A DNA stretch of 64,000 bases, from NCBI GenBank assembly GCA_964389675.1, contig CAYMEV010000002.1:1-64000 (forward strand), written 5' to 3'. The notes beneath the pieces were generated by a model. The model was not told the DNA's origin, did no database searches, and saw only the letters and a program-made list of their open reading frames with translations. Made by a program: the position numbers and the translations under genes. The DNA comes from an uncultured Candidatus Sumerlaeota bacterium (GTDB lineage: Bacteria > CAYMEV01). Of this stretch, positions 47,482 to 57,965 are shown piece after piece; position 1 is the stretch's first letter; every line of letters starts with the position of its first letter.

Positions 47482-48123
47482 TTAAAATATATATTTAAGT
47501 TTAACTAATAGTGATATTCCCCCCATCTGCACCTTTATATCATCATTAGAATAGTAATCTTTCAGTGAGGGTTTTACATGCGCCCACAATGTCTCAATTA
47601 GAAGAGACAGGGATTCTCCTGCCATAACATCAAGACCCGCAACGAGATGATAACCGAATGTGTCAGCCTCAGACTTGACCGTATAATCGAAATCTTCATC
47701 ATACCCTGTAAAAACGGCCATTTCATCCAGGCTTGTAAAATAATACCCGAATCCGGCCCCTGCATAAAGCTTTATCTGTTTTATCAATGGGAGACTTATC
47801 TTTCCCGTCAGCCTGACAGGGCAGGCATCAATCCCGGATGTAATCCTTATACAGCAGGGAGGGTCAGGACAGTCCCCGCCGCATTCAGTCATTTCATAAT
47901 CAGTATTGTAATACCCAATACTGCCTTCGATAGAGAACATGGAATTAACCTCATACCCACATGTAATATCTACAGCGGTTCCTGTATCGAAGCCTTTTAA
48001 GCCCTCATTATCATCATTTGGAATAAAGACACCCCCGCCAAATGATAAATATGTGCCTGCTGATATCATATTGCAGTATATAAAAAACACAGCAAAAAAG
48101 CATATTATTGTTCGAAATTTCAT
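47482..48123 (-). CDS. Outer-membrane beta-barrel protein (OmpW/OmpA-like 8-strand)
   Basis: Signal peptide, YAGAGFGYY strand, C-terminal Y-x-F. Confidence 0.78.
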   Translation of the reverse strand: MKFRTIICFFAVFFIYCNMISAGTYLSFGGGVFIPNDDNEGLKGFDTGTAVDITCGYEVNSMFSIEGSIGYYNTDYEMTECGGDCPDPPCCIRITSGIDACPVRLTGKISLPLIKQIKLYAGAGFGYYFTSLDEMAVFTGYDEDFDYTVKSEADTFGYHLVAGLDVMAGESLSLLIETLWAHVKPSLKDYYSNDDIKVQMGGISLLVKLKYIF

Positions 48124-48195
48124 ATTATGCCTCCTGTTTTATTTCTTTTAAATAATTATATATAAAGCTCCTGATGGTGTCAATAATCAGTCAGG

Positions 48196-49611
48196 TCATG
48201 ATTTTGGAGGAAGAAGCGTCCTGTCATCTCTGCTGTCCAGATCAAGTTCCGGTATGTCTTTTAAGGAAGCGCCGATTATTCCCTTTACATCCCCGTACAT
48301 GCCGACAGTGTTGATCATTATCCTTTCGATCTGCTTTTCCCTTTCCTTCCATATCTTTGTCATTGCCCTTCTTTCCTTGTCAAGCTGTTCCTGCATAAAC
48401 TTGAATGCCTCTACTATTGCTTCTACTTTCTGCCTGAATTCATGCCCGGAAAGGTACTGGTATATAGCCTCCATTTTTTCCCCCCTTCCTATCTGGGCAT
48501 TCCTGGCAAAGTGAAGTTCTATAAGATGAAACCTCAATGCCGAGGCTAACCCTACGGCACTGCTTGTACTGCATACCCAGACGCCGTCCAGGAAGCCAAA
48601 ATTTTCTATACCCTGAGGCATTGCCTGTGATAGTATTATTGCTATATCTGCCCCGATTTCCCTCTGATCCTGCTTAAGCTTTTCAATCCATTTATCGCTC
48701 CACTGCTTTGTGGATTTTGTCTCCCAGAGCAGTTTACCGCTTTCTTTCCTCGCCTGGCTGTATATTCTCTGGATGACGTCCGCACCCTTTATACCCTTTG
48801 GAACGGGTTCTATGCTATCGGCAGGAAAATTTTCAATAAGCATCTTTTCAAGGTCCAGTTCCAGCACTTCACCCTGTGTCTGCATGGAACCCTGTTCTGC
48901 TTTTCTTTTTGCCTCCTCCAGCATTTTTGTCAGATCATTGATTTTTTTATCCTTTTCGAGGCTTTTTTGCCTGTGCTCTTCGTCTATTCTGGTTGTAACT
49001 TTTTTCTCGATCTCTGCTCTTTCATTTTCAAGTTTTCTAAGCATTTCCAGTTCCAGATCTTTTTCCCTTTCTATAATTTCCCGTGTTTTTTTTCTTAGTT
49101 CAAGCTCTTTCTGTACAGATTCGCTTATCTTTCTGTCCTTTTCCTCTATCTGGTTTTTGAGGTCCTGCATATCAAACATAAGAGATTTTTCAGCCTCTAT
49201 CTTTGCTTCATCTACCTTCTTTTCAAGCATGCTTATCCTGCTGTCCTTATCAATGCTCTTTTTCTGGAATTCTTCCTGCATTTGCTTCATTATTCTGCTT
49301 TCCAGGTCCTTTTTCTCTTTTTCAATCCTCTCATCAAAATCCCTTTCAAGAGCTTTCTTCTTTTCCTCTATTTCTCTTTCCCTTTTTTTCAGGTCCAGCT
49401 CCCTTCCTTCTGCTTTCTGTATTCTGTTATCCCTTTCTTTGATCTGGTTTTTGAGGTCCTGCAGTATTAGACTATTTTCCTTTCTGATTTCAGATTCAGT
49501 TTTTTCCCGTATTTCATTTTCAATCTCCCTGACCATATCCTGTTTTAGTTGCTGTGCAAGCTCAAATTCATATCCGCATTCAGGGCATTTTATTAAAAAC
49601 ATATTCCCCAT
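48196..49611 (-). CDS. DUF2130 family protein (CxxC, long coiled coil, nuclease-like C-terminus)
   Basis: IKCPECG, long E/K-rich coiled coil, QGEVLELDLE...GADV...WETK...W..KLK.DQ. Confidence 0.8.
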   Translation of the reverse strand: MGNMFLIKCPECGYEFELAQQLKQDMVREIENEIREKTESEIRKENSLILQDLKNQIKERDNRIQKAEGRELDLKKREREIEEKKKALERDFDERIEKEKKDLESRIMKQMQEEFQKKSIDKDSRISMLEKKVDEAKIEAEKSLMFDMQDLKNQIEEKDRKISESVQKELELRKKTREIIEREKDLELEMLRKLENERAEIEKKVTTRIDEEHRQKSLEKDKKINDLTKMLEEAKRKAEQGSMQTQGEVLELDLEKMLIENFPADSIEPVPKGIKGADVIQRIYSQARKESGKLLWETKSTKQWSDKWIEKLKQDQREIGADIAIILSQAMPQGIENFGFLDGVWVCSTSSAVGLASALRFHLIELHFARNAQIGRGEKMEAIYQYLSGHEFRQKVEAIVEAFKFMQEQLDKERRAMTKIWKEREKQIERIMINTVGMYGDVKGIIGASLKDIPELDLDSRDDRTLLPPKS

Positions 49612-49817
49612 CTCCTTTATATAAGTATCTTATTATAAAAATAGCACTCTAAATTTTTAAGTCAATCAGCAATGAATATAAGAAAAGGTAAAAGATGCAA
49701 AGCATATTTAGTTTTTTGTAAATACAGGCATTGCCTGAATAAAACTAAAACACTTCGCCTGGTTAATTCGTTTTACATATAGAATATTATAATAGTTTGC
49801 CTTGAGGAGGGTATCGC

Positions 49818-52800
49818 ATGAATTTTATAATAGAAAACAGGAAAAAGGATAAGTATTTTATCAATATTTTATTAATTATCTGGCTTTTTCTTTTTGGTTT
49901 TACCTCTATTGCTTCAGGTATAAATATTGATGATACAAGGATGATGTCGGAGCCTGCCATAAGCAACAGGCATATAGCTTTTATATATGCAGAGGATCTT
50001 TGGATTCAGGATATAAATGGAAATAGTCCCAGGAGGCTTACGATTAATGAGGGTGTTGAATCAAATCCTGTCTTTTCTCCGGATGGTAAGCTGATTGCTT
50101 TCAGTTCTGAATACAATGGAAATACAGATGTTTATATTCTGCCTGTAGAAGGTGGTATTCCTAAACGCCTTACATGGCATCCCTCAGATGATTTTGTAAT
50201 TGGATTTGTTCCGGACGGCAGCAGCGTATTATTTACATCATCCCGAATGCCGCATTATTCTCAGATCTACACAGTTCCTGTTGATGGAGGGTATCCCGCA
50301 AAGCTTGAAATACCAAACGGCTATCATGCTTCTTATTCACCGGATGGTCAATATATGGCATATACACCTACACCTGATGCTTTTACCCAATGGAAAAAAT
50401 ACAGGGGTGGTGCTGTATCCAGAATCTGGATTTTTTCCTTTGCGGATAATTCAGTTAAAGAGATATCAAAACCTGAAGGCGGGTGCAATGATACAATGCC
50501 TGTCTGGATTGATAACTGCATCTACTTTATCTCAGACAGAGAAGGGGAGTTTAATCTATATTCCTATAATATTGAAGATCATCAAATCGACAGGCTGACC
50601 AGCTTTAGAGATTTTCCAGTAATTAATATTGCAGGCAAAGGCAGTAAAATTATTCTCGAACAGGGTGGTTATCTGCATATTTATGAAATAAGATCAAAAT
50701 TGCTTAAAAGGCTTGTTATTGGTATTGCTACTGAACTTCCTGGCCTCAGGCCTGGATTTGTCAGCGGGAACAGGCATATCAGGAGTGCAGATATTTCCCC
50801 GACCGGGGCCAGGGCAGTATTTGGTTTCAGGGGTGATATTGTAACAGTTCCGGAAAAGAAGGGAGATTATCGGAATATAACAGAAACTGCTGGTATTCAT
50901 GAGAAATATCCTGCATGGTCTCCTGATGGCAAATACATTGCATATTTTACAGATTCCTCAGGTGAATATGAGCTTGCAGTGATCAGCCAGGACGGAAAGG
51001 GAAAAGCAGAAAGATTTCCGCTTGAGGGAGCTGGCTTTTATGCATTTCCCAAATGGTCACCGGACAGCAAAAGGATTGCATATACAGATAATAGCAGAAG
51101 CCTCTATATAATTGAAATTGATAATGGGAAAACAGTTAAGATATCATCGGATGAGATGTATACTCCGGGAGCATTCAGGGAAATAGCAGGATCATGGTCG
51201 CCGGATTCAAAATGGCTTTCATTTACGAAGGTTTTAAATACACACTTTAAGAAAATATATTTATATTCCGTTGACCAGGATAGATCCTTTCCTGTTACAG
51301 ACGGTTTGAGCGATGCGTCAGAACCGGTATTCGACCCTTCAGGAAAGTATCTTTTCTTTTTTGCATCTACTGATGCAGGACCGATAGTAAACTGGTTTGA
51401 CCTTTCAAATTCCAATATGACTATGACCCGCTCAATATACCTGGTGACACTGCAGAAGGAAACGCTATCACCTTTTCTGAAAGAGAGTGATGAAGAAATG
51501 CCCAGGGAGGAAAAGCGTGGCAAAGATAACGGAAATAAAGACCAGCGCGGGGAAAATGGCGATATGGATAATGAGATCAGGATTGATTTTGAGGGAATTG
51601 AGAATAGAACAGTAGCATTTCCTGTAAGTGCAGGAAGTTTCTACAACCTGGGCGTAAACAGGGAAGGAGAAATCCTGTATATATATAAATCCGATCCCTA
51701 TTCATCCGGTCTTCTCAAGATCTATGATATGAAGAAAAAGAAGGAAATTGAAATCATGGATATGGAGAATTATATCATTTCTGCGGATGGCAGGAAGCTT
51801 CTTTTTACCAGCAGTGGAAGATGGTCTGTTACGGATGCGGGGCCAAATGCAAAATCCGGTGCAGTTAACCTTAAAACAGAAGATATTCTTGTCAAGACTG
51901 AGCCTTTTTCTGAATGGAGTCAGATCCTTGATGAAGCATGGCGTATTAACCGGGATTATTTCTATGACCCAGGTATGCATGGCGCTGACTGGGAATCCAT
52001 CAAGGCAAAATACTCCCTTTTTTTACCGCACCTTACCTGCAGAAGTGACCTGACACGGCTCATAAGATGGATGTGCAGTGAGCTTTCAGTGGGCCATCAC
52101 TATACGGGGATATGGAACCCCGATAATGCGGGCCAGATAGGCATAGGCCTTCTCGGGGTTGACTATTCTGTTGAAAATGATAGATATAGGATTTCGAAGA
52201 TTTACGGGGGCCTTAACTGGGATGCAGAACTTAGATCACCGGTTACAGAACCGGGCATTAATATAAAAGAGGGAGAATATCTCCTTGCCGTGAATGGAAA
52301 AGATATAAAAGCTGACCAGAATATTTACAGCTTTTTTGAAAATACAGCAGGAAGAATTATAGAACTTACTGTTGGACCCTGCCCTGATTATAAAGACTCA
52401 AGGGTGGTAAAAGCTGTCCCTGTCAGGCAGGAGCATTCATTACGGCACCGCGACTGGGTTGAAGGCAATTTAAGGAGAGTGACTGAAGCAAGCAAGGGAA
52501 AGGTTGCCTATGTTTATGTGCCGAATACAGCTGGGCTGGGGCTTAAGTATTTTACAAGGTACTTCTTCCCGCAGGCTGACCGTAAAGCTGTTATTATCGA
52601 TGAAAGATTCAACGGAGGGGGTATGCTTGCAGATTATTACATTGATGTGTTGAGACGGCCTTACCATTGCCACTGGAATTTCAGATACGGCAATGACCTT
52701 AAGACCCCCAGCGCTTCCATACAGGGTCCAAAGGTTATGATAATTAATGAGATGGCAGTATCGGGAGGTGATTTGCTTCCATTTATGTTCAGGAAAAGCA

Positions 52801-53099
52801 GGATAGGTACCCTTGTTGGAAAAAGGACTTTTGGTGCCCTTGTCGGAATACTCGGATTCCCGGAACTGATGGACGGCGGATTTGTAACTGCTCCAAACCT
52901 GGCAATATGGACCAATGAAGGCTTTATTGTTGAGAATGCTGGAATATCACCGGACATTGAAGTTGAGCAGTGGCCGGCTGAGGTAATTAGAGGAAATGAC
53001 CCTCAGCTGGAAAAGGCAATTGAAATAGCACTTAAAAAGCTTGAGGAAGATGCAATGGCGGAACCTGTACGCCCTCCCTACCCGTTAAGGGCCAGATAG
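49818..53099 (+). CDS. Tricorn-like protease (S41 family; PD40 propellers + PDZ)
   Basis: WSPD/FSPDG repeats, GHH, DERFNGGG, SGGD and DPQLEKAI motifs. Confidence 0.93.
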   Translation: MNFIIENRKKDKYFINILLIIWLFLFGFTSIASGINIDDTRMMSEPAISNRHIAFIYAEDLWIQDINGNSPRRLTINEGVESNPVFSPDGKLIAFSSEYNGNTDVYILPVEGGIPKRLTWHPSDDFVIGFVPDGSSVLFTSSRMPHYSQIYTVPVDGGYPAKLEIPNGYHASYSPDGQYMAYTPTPDAFTQWKKYRGGAVSRIWIFSFADNSVKEISKPEGGCNDTMPVWIDNCIYFISDREGEFNLYSYNIEDHQIDRLTSFRDFPVINIAGKGSKIILEQGGYLHIYEIRSKLLKRLVIGIATELPGLRPGFVSGNRHIRSADISPTGARAVFGFRGDIVTVPEKKGDYRNITETAGIHEKYPAWSPDGKYIAYFTDSSGEYELAVISQDGKGKAERFPLEGAGFYAFPKWSPDSKRIAYTDNSRSLYIIEIDNGKTVKISSDEMYTPGAFREIAGSWSPDSKWLSFTKVLNTHFKKIYLYSVDQDRSFPVTDGLSDASEPVFDPSGKYLFFFASTDAGPIVNWFDLSNSNMTMTRSIYLVTLQKETLSPFLKESDEEMPREEKRGKDNGNKDQRGENGDMDNEIRIDFEGIENRTVAFPVSAGSFYNLGVNREGEILYIYKSDPYSSGLLKIYDMKKKKEIEIMDMENYIISADGRKLLFTSSGRWSVTDAGPNAKSGAVNLKTEDILVKTEPFSEWSQILDEAWRINRDYFYDPGMHGADWESIKAKYSLFLPHLTCRSDLTRLIRWMCSELSVGHHYTGIWNPDNAGQIGIGLLGVDYSVENDRYRISKIYGGLNWDAELRSPVTEPGINIKEGEYLLAVNGKDIKADQNIYSFFENTAGRIIELTVGPCPDYKDSRVVKAVPVRQEHSLRHRDWVEGNLRRVTEASKGKVAYVYVPNTAGLGLKYFTRYFFPQADRKAVIIDERFNGGGMLADYYIDVLRRPYHCHWNFRYGNDLKTPSASIQGPKVMIINEMAVSGGDLLPFMFRKSRIGTLVGKRTFGALVGILGFPELMDGGFVTAPNLAIWTNEGFIVENAGISPDIEVEQWPAEVIRGNDPQLEKAIEIALKKLEEDAMAEPVRPPYPLRAR

Positions 53100-53275
53100 T
53101 ATTCTTCTGATTAATTTTTGTGGAATCTGCTTTAATATCATTTGTCATAAAAGAAAATTTTAGGTTATTACAGGTAAAAGCTGGATGAATTAATATATCC
53201 GGTATTTGATATATATTAACATTTAATTGTTTAACTGCTAAAATAAAAATATATAAAATTAAGAGGGAAGTTGAT

Positions 53276-53686
53276 ATGGAAGGAGTGTCCATTTTAGAGA
53301 TTGACCGGATTGAAAGGAACGATTTATTAAGACTTTATGGAGATGCAGGATGGACAAACTATACAAATGATATAATCAAGCCTTATAAAGGGGTCAGGAA
53401 TTCATTGTTAACAATGGGAGCTTTTTTAGGGAATGAACTGATAGGTTTCATCAGGGTAGTAGGCGATGGAGAAACTATTATTTATATACAGGACCTTATT
53501 GTTCACAGCAGATTTAAGAGGACAGGCATAGGGACAAAGCTTGTTAGAATGATCCTTGAGAAATACGGTCATATCCGCCATAAGGTGCTGATTACGGACA
53601 ATAGCGAAGAATCTCTGGGATTCTATAAAAGCCTGGGTTTTAAAGATGTAGCGGAATATGGTATAACTGCATTTATAAAAATATGA
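53276..53686 (+). CDS. GNAT N-acetyltransferase
   Basis: IQDLIVH..FKRTGIG and FYKSLGF motifs. Confidence 0.85.
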   Translation: MEGVSILEIDRIERNDLLRLYGDAGWTNYTNDIIKPYKGVRNSLLTMGAFLGNELIGFIRVVGDGETIIYIQDLIVHSRFKRTGIGTKLVRMILEKYGHIRHKVLITDNSEESLGFYKSLGFKDVAEYGITAFIKI

Positions 53687-54179
53687 AGTTAAAAACAACA
53701 TAGAGCTGAATTTATCCTGAATTCTTTCCTCAAAACCAGCCTTATTATAGATTCATAATTTCATAGTTTTCCTGTAAAAATATATATCTGGCCTGATGAA
53801 TTTATTATGGAAGATGGTATTAAAGCAGGTAATATTATATATAGGCTGCCAGCGGTTTTTCACAGGGACAAGGCTTTTAAGCCTATATGTATTTTTTATC
53901 AGTGTATCTGGAGGTGAAAGATCACATAGACAGCTGTTATGGTTGTTCTTTGAGCTCTCTTTTATGTATTTTCCGTGAGCTTGGTAACACAATAAAATAC
54001 TTTCCAAAGGGTTAAAATGATATTAGAAAAGCAGAAACATGGCTTAAATATAAATATTGAGATTATGCCACAAATGCTTTAAGATAGGTTTTAATAGAGC
54101 AATAAAACGAAAGAAAGCTTAGACTGAACATTGAAATATAAAAAATTTGCGTGATCAATACATTTATGAGGAGAACTTT

Positions 54180-55679
54180 ATGAAATTCAGAGAATTCGCT
54201 GCTTTTACAATGCTGATTTGTCTTTTTTGCCTGTCATTAACTGCAAATGATGGTTCTGACCGCTATCATCCTGACCGGGCAGTAGTCCTCCAGCATCTTT
54301 ACGCTCCAGTTACTAATACGGAGGGATATACTGTACTGGAAGAGGATATGGCCGGTGGTGCGGACGGTGCACCGGCATTCAGATGGGCCCGCCCTTTTAC
54401 TCTTGCAATTATACGTCTGGCAGCATGGGACACTGCTAATGAGTTTGGCGTATCACCCATTCCAATGGCATTGTTTGATATGACTACTGAATTCGCGGAT
54501 ACACCTGTAAGCAGAGAAGAAGGCAAACCCCCCCGCGGAAGGCATCCGGGAAATTCTCATGACGGGGGAATAAATATAGACCTGGGATATTATATGACCA
54601 GCTTAAAGGGCCTTTATGAAGAACCTGATTTTTCCGTTTGTGATGAGCACTATTCAGAAACAGCAAAGGATGAGGATGGAAAACCAAAAGATGCATATGA
54701 GTGCCTCGGTCCAGCAAACAGGCTTGACGAAAAAAGGCAGGCATATTTTTTCCTTCAGCTGTTCAAGATGCATATTGACCTTTTTGATTATATGCTTTTT
54801 GAATCAATCGGAGTTGATTATCATGTCAAAAAAGCTGTGCTGGAACAAATCAGGAAATGGCAGTCTGAAAGCAGATACTGTATTAATGATCAAATTATCA
54901 GGGAAATGGATACAATAATGACCTGCGCACGCTGGGAAGGATGGGCAAAATTCCATCATCATCATACCCATATACGTTTTCATGATCTTGATTCTTCGGG
55001 AGAATTCAGGCGTGTATTCGAAAAGCTTTATGAACAGGAGAGGGCTATGGAGCTTGCTGTCCAGAAGGAGCTGAACCCTGAAAAGGCTGTATTTATAAAG
55101 GCTGATCTGTATTCATACAGCCTGACGCGTTATATTGAAGCAAGCCTGTTGAGTGAAGATCCTTCCAGAATAAAAAAAGCTGAATATAGTCTTGATGAAG
55201 GAGAATGGATATCATCAGAGGAACCTGATAATAATTTCCGCTGCATGCTGGATGTACAAAAGAGGATACCTTCTCCTGAAAGGAAATTGATTCTAAGGGC
55301 AAGATATGAGACGGCTGACGGGAATTCAGAAGAGATTGTCAGGGAGATATATTCTCCTGCAGTGGATGCGCAGGCCAGGATCAGAATAGACCGTAACAAG
55401 TTCAGGACCTTTTGTGAAAAAAAAGAGGAGGGAGGCTCTTCAGTCTGGGAATGCAGGCTTGAATATCCCCAGTATTATAATTATTATATAACAGATCTCA
55501 AATATGTATTTTATATAAGAGAATTTCCTGAGAAACCTGAAAATGTCGAAGCAGACAGGACTGATAATTCCTGCAGGTTTGTCCAGAAAGAAGGGAACAC
55601 TGTTGAAATGATTGAGGCAGTCATTACTCTGACTGCTCGAATGAGGATCAGTGTCCCTGTATATATCAACATTGAATGA
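54180..55679 (+). CDS. Secreted MepA-like (LAS-type Zn) peptidoglycan endopeptidase with C-terminal beta-rich domains
   Basis: Signal peptide; HPGNSHDGGINID and HHHHTHIRF resemble MepA HxSHxxGxDxD and HxxHxH; GAGGAG RBS before 54180. Confidence 0.6.
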   Translation: MKFREFAAFTMLICLFCLSLTANDGSDRYHPDRAVVLQHLYAPVTNTEGYTVLEEDMAGGADGAPAFRWARPFTLAIIRLAAWDTANEFGVSPIPMALFDMTTEFADTPVSREEGKPPRGRHPGNSHDGGINIDLGYYMTSLKGLYEEPDFSVCDEHYSETAKDEDGKPKDAYECLGPANRLDEKRQAYFFLQLFKMHIDLFDYMLFESIGVDYHVKKAVLEQIRKWQSESRYCINDQIIREMDTIMTCARWEGWAKFHHHHTHIRFHDLDSSGEFRRVFEKLYEQERAMELAVQKELNPEKAVFIKADLYSYSLTRYIEASLLSEDPSRIKKAEYSLDEGEWISSEEPDNNFRCMLDVQKRIPSPERKLILRARYETADGNSEEIVREIYSPAVDAQARIRIDRNKFRTFCEKKEEGGSSVWECRLEYPQYYNYYITDLKYVFYIREFPEKPENVEADRTDNSCRFVQKEGNTVEMIEAVITLTARMRISVPVYINIE

Positions 55680-55729
55680 TCTGCAGATCAGAATTACCGA
55701 TTTTTTAATTATCAGCTGGACTTATTCTC

Positions 55730-55770
55730 AAGCGGGAGCTTCTACTGGTTTGTAGATACGCTTCCTTTTT
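55730..55770 (+). terminator. Possible intrinsic terminator
   Basis: AAGCG..TCTAC-loop-GTAGA..CGCTT followed by a T run. Confidence 0.4.
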
Positions 55771-55945
55771 AATAAAATGACTGGACTTTTACAGGTGTTT
55801 TTCCATAAAAATTCTGGTTATGTTTATATTTATGCTGATTAATTGCAAAAGGCTGATAAAATAAATGAAACATCTTATTCGGATATTTGGTAAATTTCGA
55901 CATAGAAAAAATTTCAAGACAAAAATTTTGTAACAGGAGTCCTGC

Positions 55946-57790
55946 ATGAAAACCAGAAACAATACGGTTAAATATTTAATTATTATCCTGATGCTTTCAG
56001 CTGTCGCAAACTCATACTCAGCATATCTTGAATTTGCCCCGCAGAAGGTTTTTCAGCCTGATGGAAAAGAGCTGAATATATATGCTTCCGGAGATGAATT
56101 CTGCAACTGGCTTCATGATGCAGAAGGTTTTACCATTGTACAGCATCCCATAAGCGGATATTATGTCTATGCTGTTGAGATGGAAGGTAATCTGGATGCT
56201 TCCTGTCATATCGCAGGAGATGTTGATCCATATACCTTAGGTATTGAAAAATGGCTTAAGGTCAGAAGTGGAGAATATGCAAAAAGAAGAGGCGATTTTA
56301 AACTTACGCTGAAAGATATGCCTAAAGCACCCAATCAGGGCACACTTAACAATATTGTGGTTTTTATAAGGTTTTCAGATGATGAGGAATTTACAAAGCT
56401 GAATTCATATTATCACAGTCTTTTCAATCCGGGATCGGACATATCCATGTACAGCTACTTCTCTGAAGCATCATATGGCAGGAGTTCCATAATATCGCAT
56501 TTTTACCCCATCCCGCCTTCAGCAACCGTCATATCATACCAGGATTCATATCCGAGAAGCTATTACAGGCCTTATAATGCCGTTACCAACCCTGATGGAT
56601 ATACAAGTTCCCAGAGGACTGCCAGGGAACATACACTGCTGAAAAACTGCATAGAAGCAATAAAAGAAGATATCCCTTCCGATCTGGATATTGACGCAGA
56701 CAATGACGGGTATGCTGATAATGTCTGTTTTATTGTAAGGGGCGGGGTTGACGGATGGAATGATCTCCTTTGGCCCCATATGTGGGTTTTGTATTCCTAT
56801 GATGTAAGAATTAATCAAAAGCGGGTTTATGTCTATAATTTCAATATTGAATCATATACAACAAGCAGCAGTGTGATATCACATGAAATGTTTCATTCTC
56901 TGGGGGCTCCTGACCTTTATCACTACAACGGCGACGGTTTTTCTCCTGTTGGTTCCTGGGATATTATGGAAAGCACCCTTAATCCTCCACAGCATATGGG
57001 AGGATATATGAAATATCGATATGGAAACTGGATTGATAATGTTCCGCAGATAACATTCTCCGGAACCTATATTATAGAGCCCCTGCTTATGCCTGAAGAC
57101 AATCTGTTTAAGATTGCTTCACCACTATCATCAGCTGAGTACTTTATTGTGGAATTCAGGAGAAAACTTGGCGTTTTTGAGTCATCCCTCCCCGGAACAG
57201 GGCTGCTCATCTACAGGATAAATACTGATGAGGATGGAGAGGGAAATGCTGGCGGACCTCCAGATGAAGTATATATTTTCAGGCCAAACGGGACCCTGTA
57301 TAATAACGGGAATGTCAACCTTGCTTTTTATCATCAGGATGCCGGCAGGACTCAAATAAATGATAATACAAACCCTTACAGCTTTTTCTCAGATGGAACC
57401 CCGGCAGGCCTCGAGATATCCAATATTCAGCAGACAGGTGATATTATGAGTTTTTATGTCGAAATAAAACATCCTAATATCAGGACTGATCAGCCAGAGA
57501 ATATTAGGGGAAAATCAGCAATATTAAAAGGGACTGCAAACCCTAAGGGCTATAATTGTTTCGTCCATTTTCAGTGGGGAACTACTGAACAGTTCGGAAA
57601 TTCCACAAAATATAAGAGGATTGGAAACAATGATGAGAATATTTCTTTTGAGACAGGCTTATCAGGTCTTTTGATGAATACTACATATTATTATAGAGCA
57701 GTAGTAACATCCCCGTTATGCGGTTCTGTATACGGAGAAACCAGGCAGTTTAAAACAAAAAACCCTCTTGGAGCTATTATACCGCTTTGA
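55946..57790 (+). CDS. Secreted M6-family (immune inhibitor A-like) metalloprotease
   Basis: QPDG...GDE propeptide; WPH, HEMFHSLGAPDLY, WDIM and GLLIYRI motifs. Confidence 0.9.
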   Translation: MKTRNNTVKYLIIILMLSAVANSYSAYLEFAPQKVFQPDGKELNIYASGDEFCNWLHDAEGFTIVQHPISGYYVYAVEMEGNLDASCHIAGDVDPYTLGIEKWLKVRSGEYAKRRGDFKLTLKDMPKAPNQGTLNNIVVFIRFSDDEEFTKLNSYYHSLFNPGSDISMYSYFSEASYGRSSIISHFYPIPPSATVISYQDSYPRSYYRPYNAVTNPDGYTSSQRTAREHTLLKNCIEAIKEDIPSDLDIDADNDGYADNVCFIVRGGVDGWNDLLWPHMWVLYSYDVRINQKRVYVYNFNIESYTTSSSVISHEMFHSLGAPDLYHYNGDGFSPVGSWDIMESTLNPPQHMGGYMKYRYGNWIDNVPQITFSGTYIIEPLLMPEDNLFKIASPLSSAEYFIVEFRRKLGVFESSLPGTGLLIYRINTDEDGEGNAGGPPDEVYIFRPNGTLYNNGNVNLAFYHQDAGRTQINDNTNPYSFFSDGTPAGLEISNIQQTGDIMSFYVEIKHPNIRTDQPENIRGKSAILKGTANPKGYNCFVHFQWGTTEQFGNSTKYKRIGNNDENISFETGLSGLLMNTTYYYRAVVTSPLCGSVYGETRQFKTKNPLGAIIPL

Positions 57791-57965
57791 TATCTGGATT
57801 CTAATAAAAAGCAGGATCATTAATTTTATACAGGCATCCTTTATCTGACATCCAGTCAAAGGAATGTCTTATCCTTTAGTTTTGCATATCTTTATTTAAC
57901 TTGAAAGAACAATAGATTTTGATAAAATAATATTGTTTTTTAAGAAATTCAGGGATAAGTGAAAA

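Noticed and set aside
48710-49624. 304-aa plus-strand ORF
   Set aside because: Ser/Phe/Leu-rich antisense shadow of the E/K coiled-coil gene. The same applies to most short overlapping ORFs in the track.
53753-54007. Two short opposite-strand ORFs between the GNAT and MepA-like genes
   Set aside because: No clear RBS or recognisable motif; neither can be supported as a gene.
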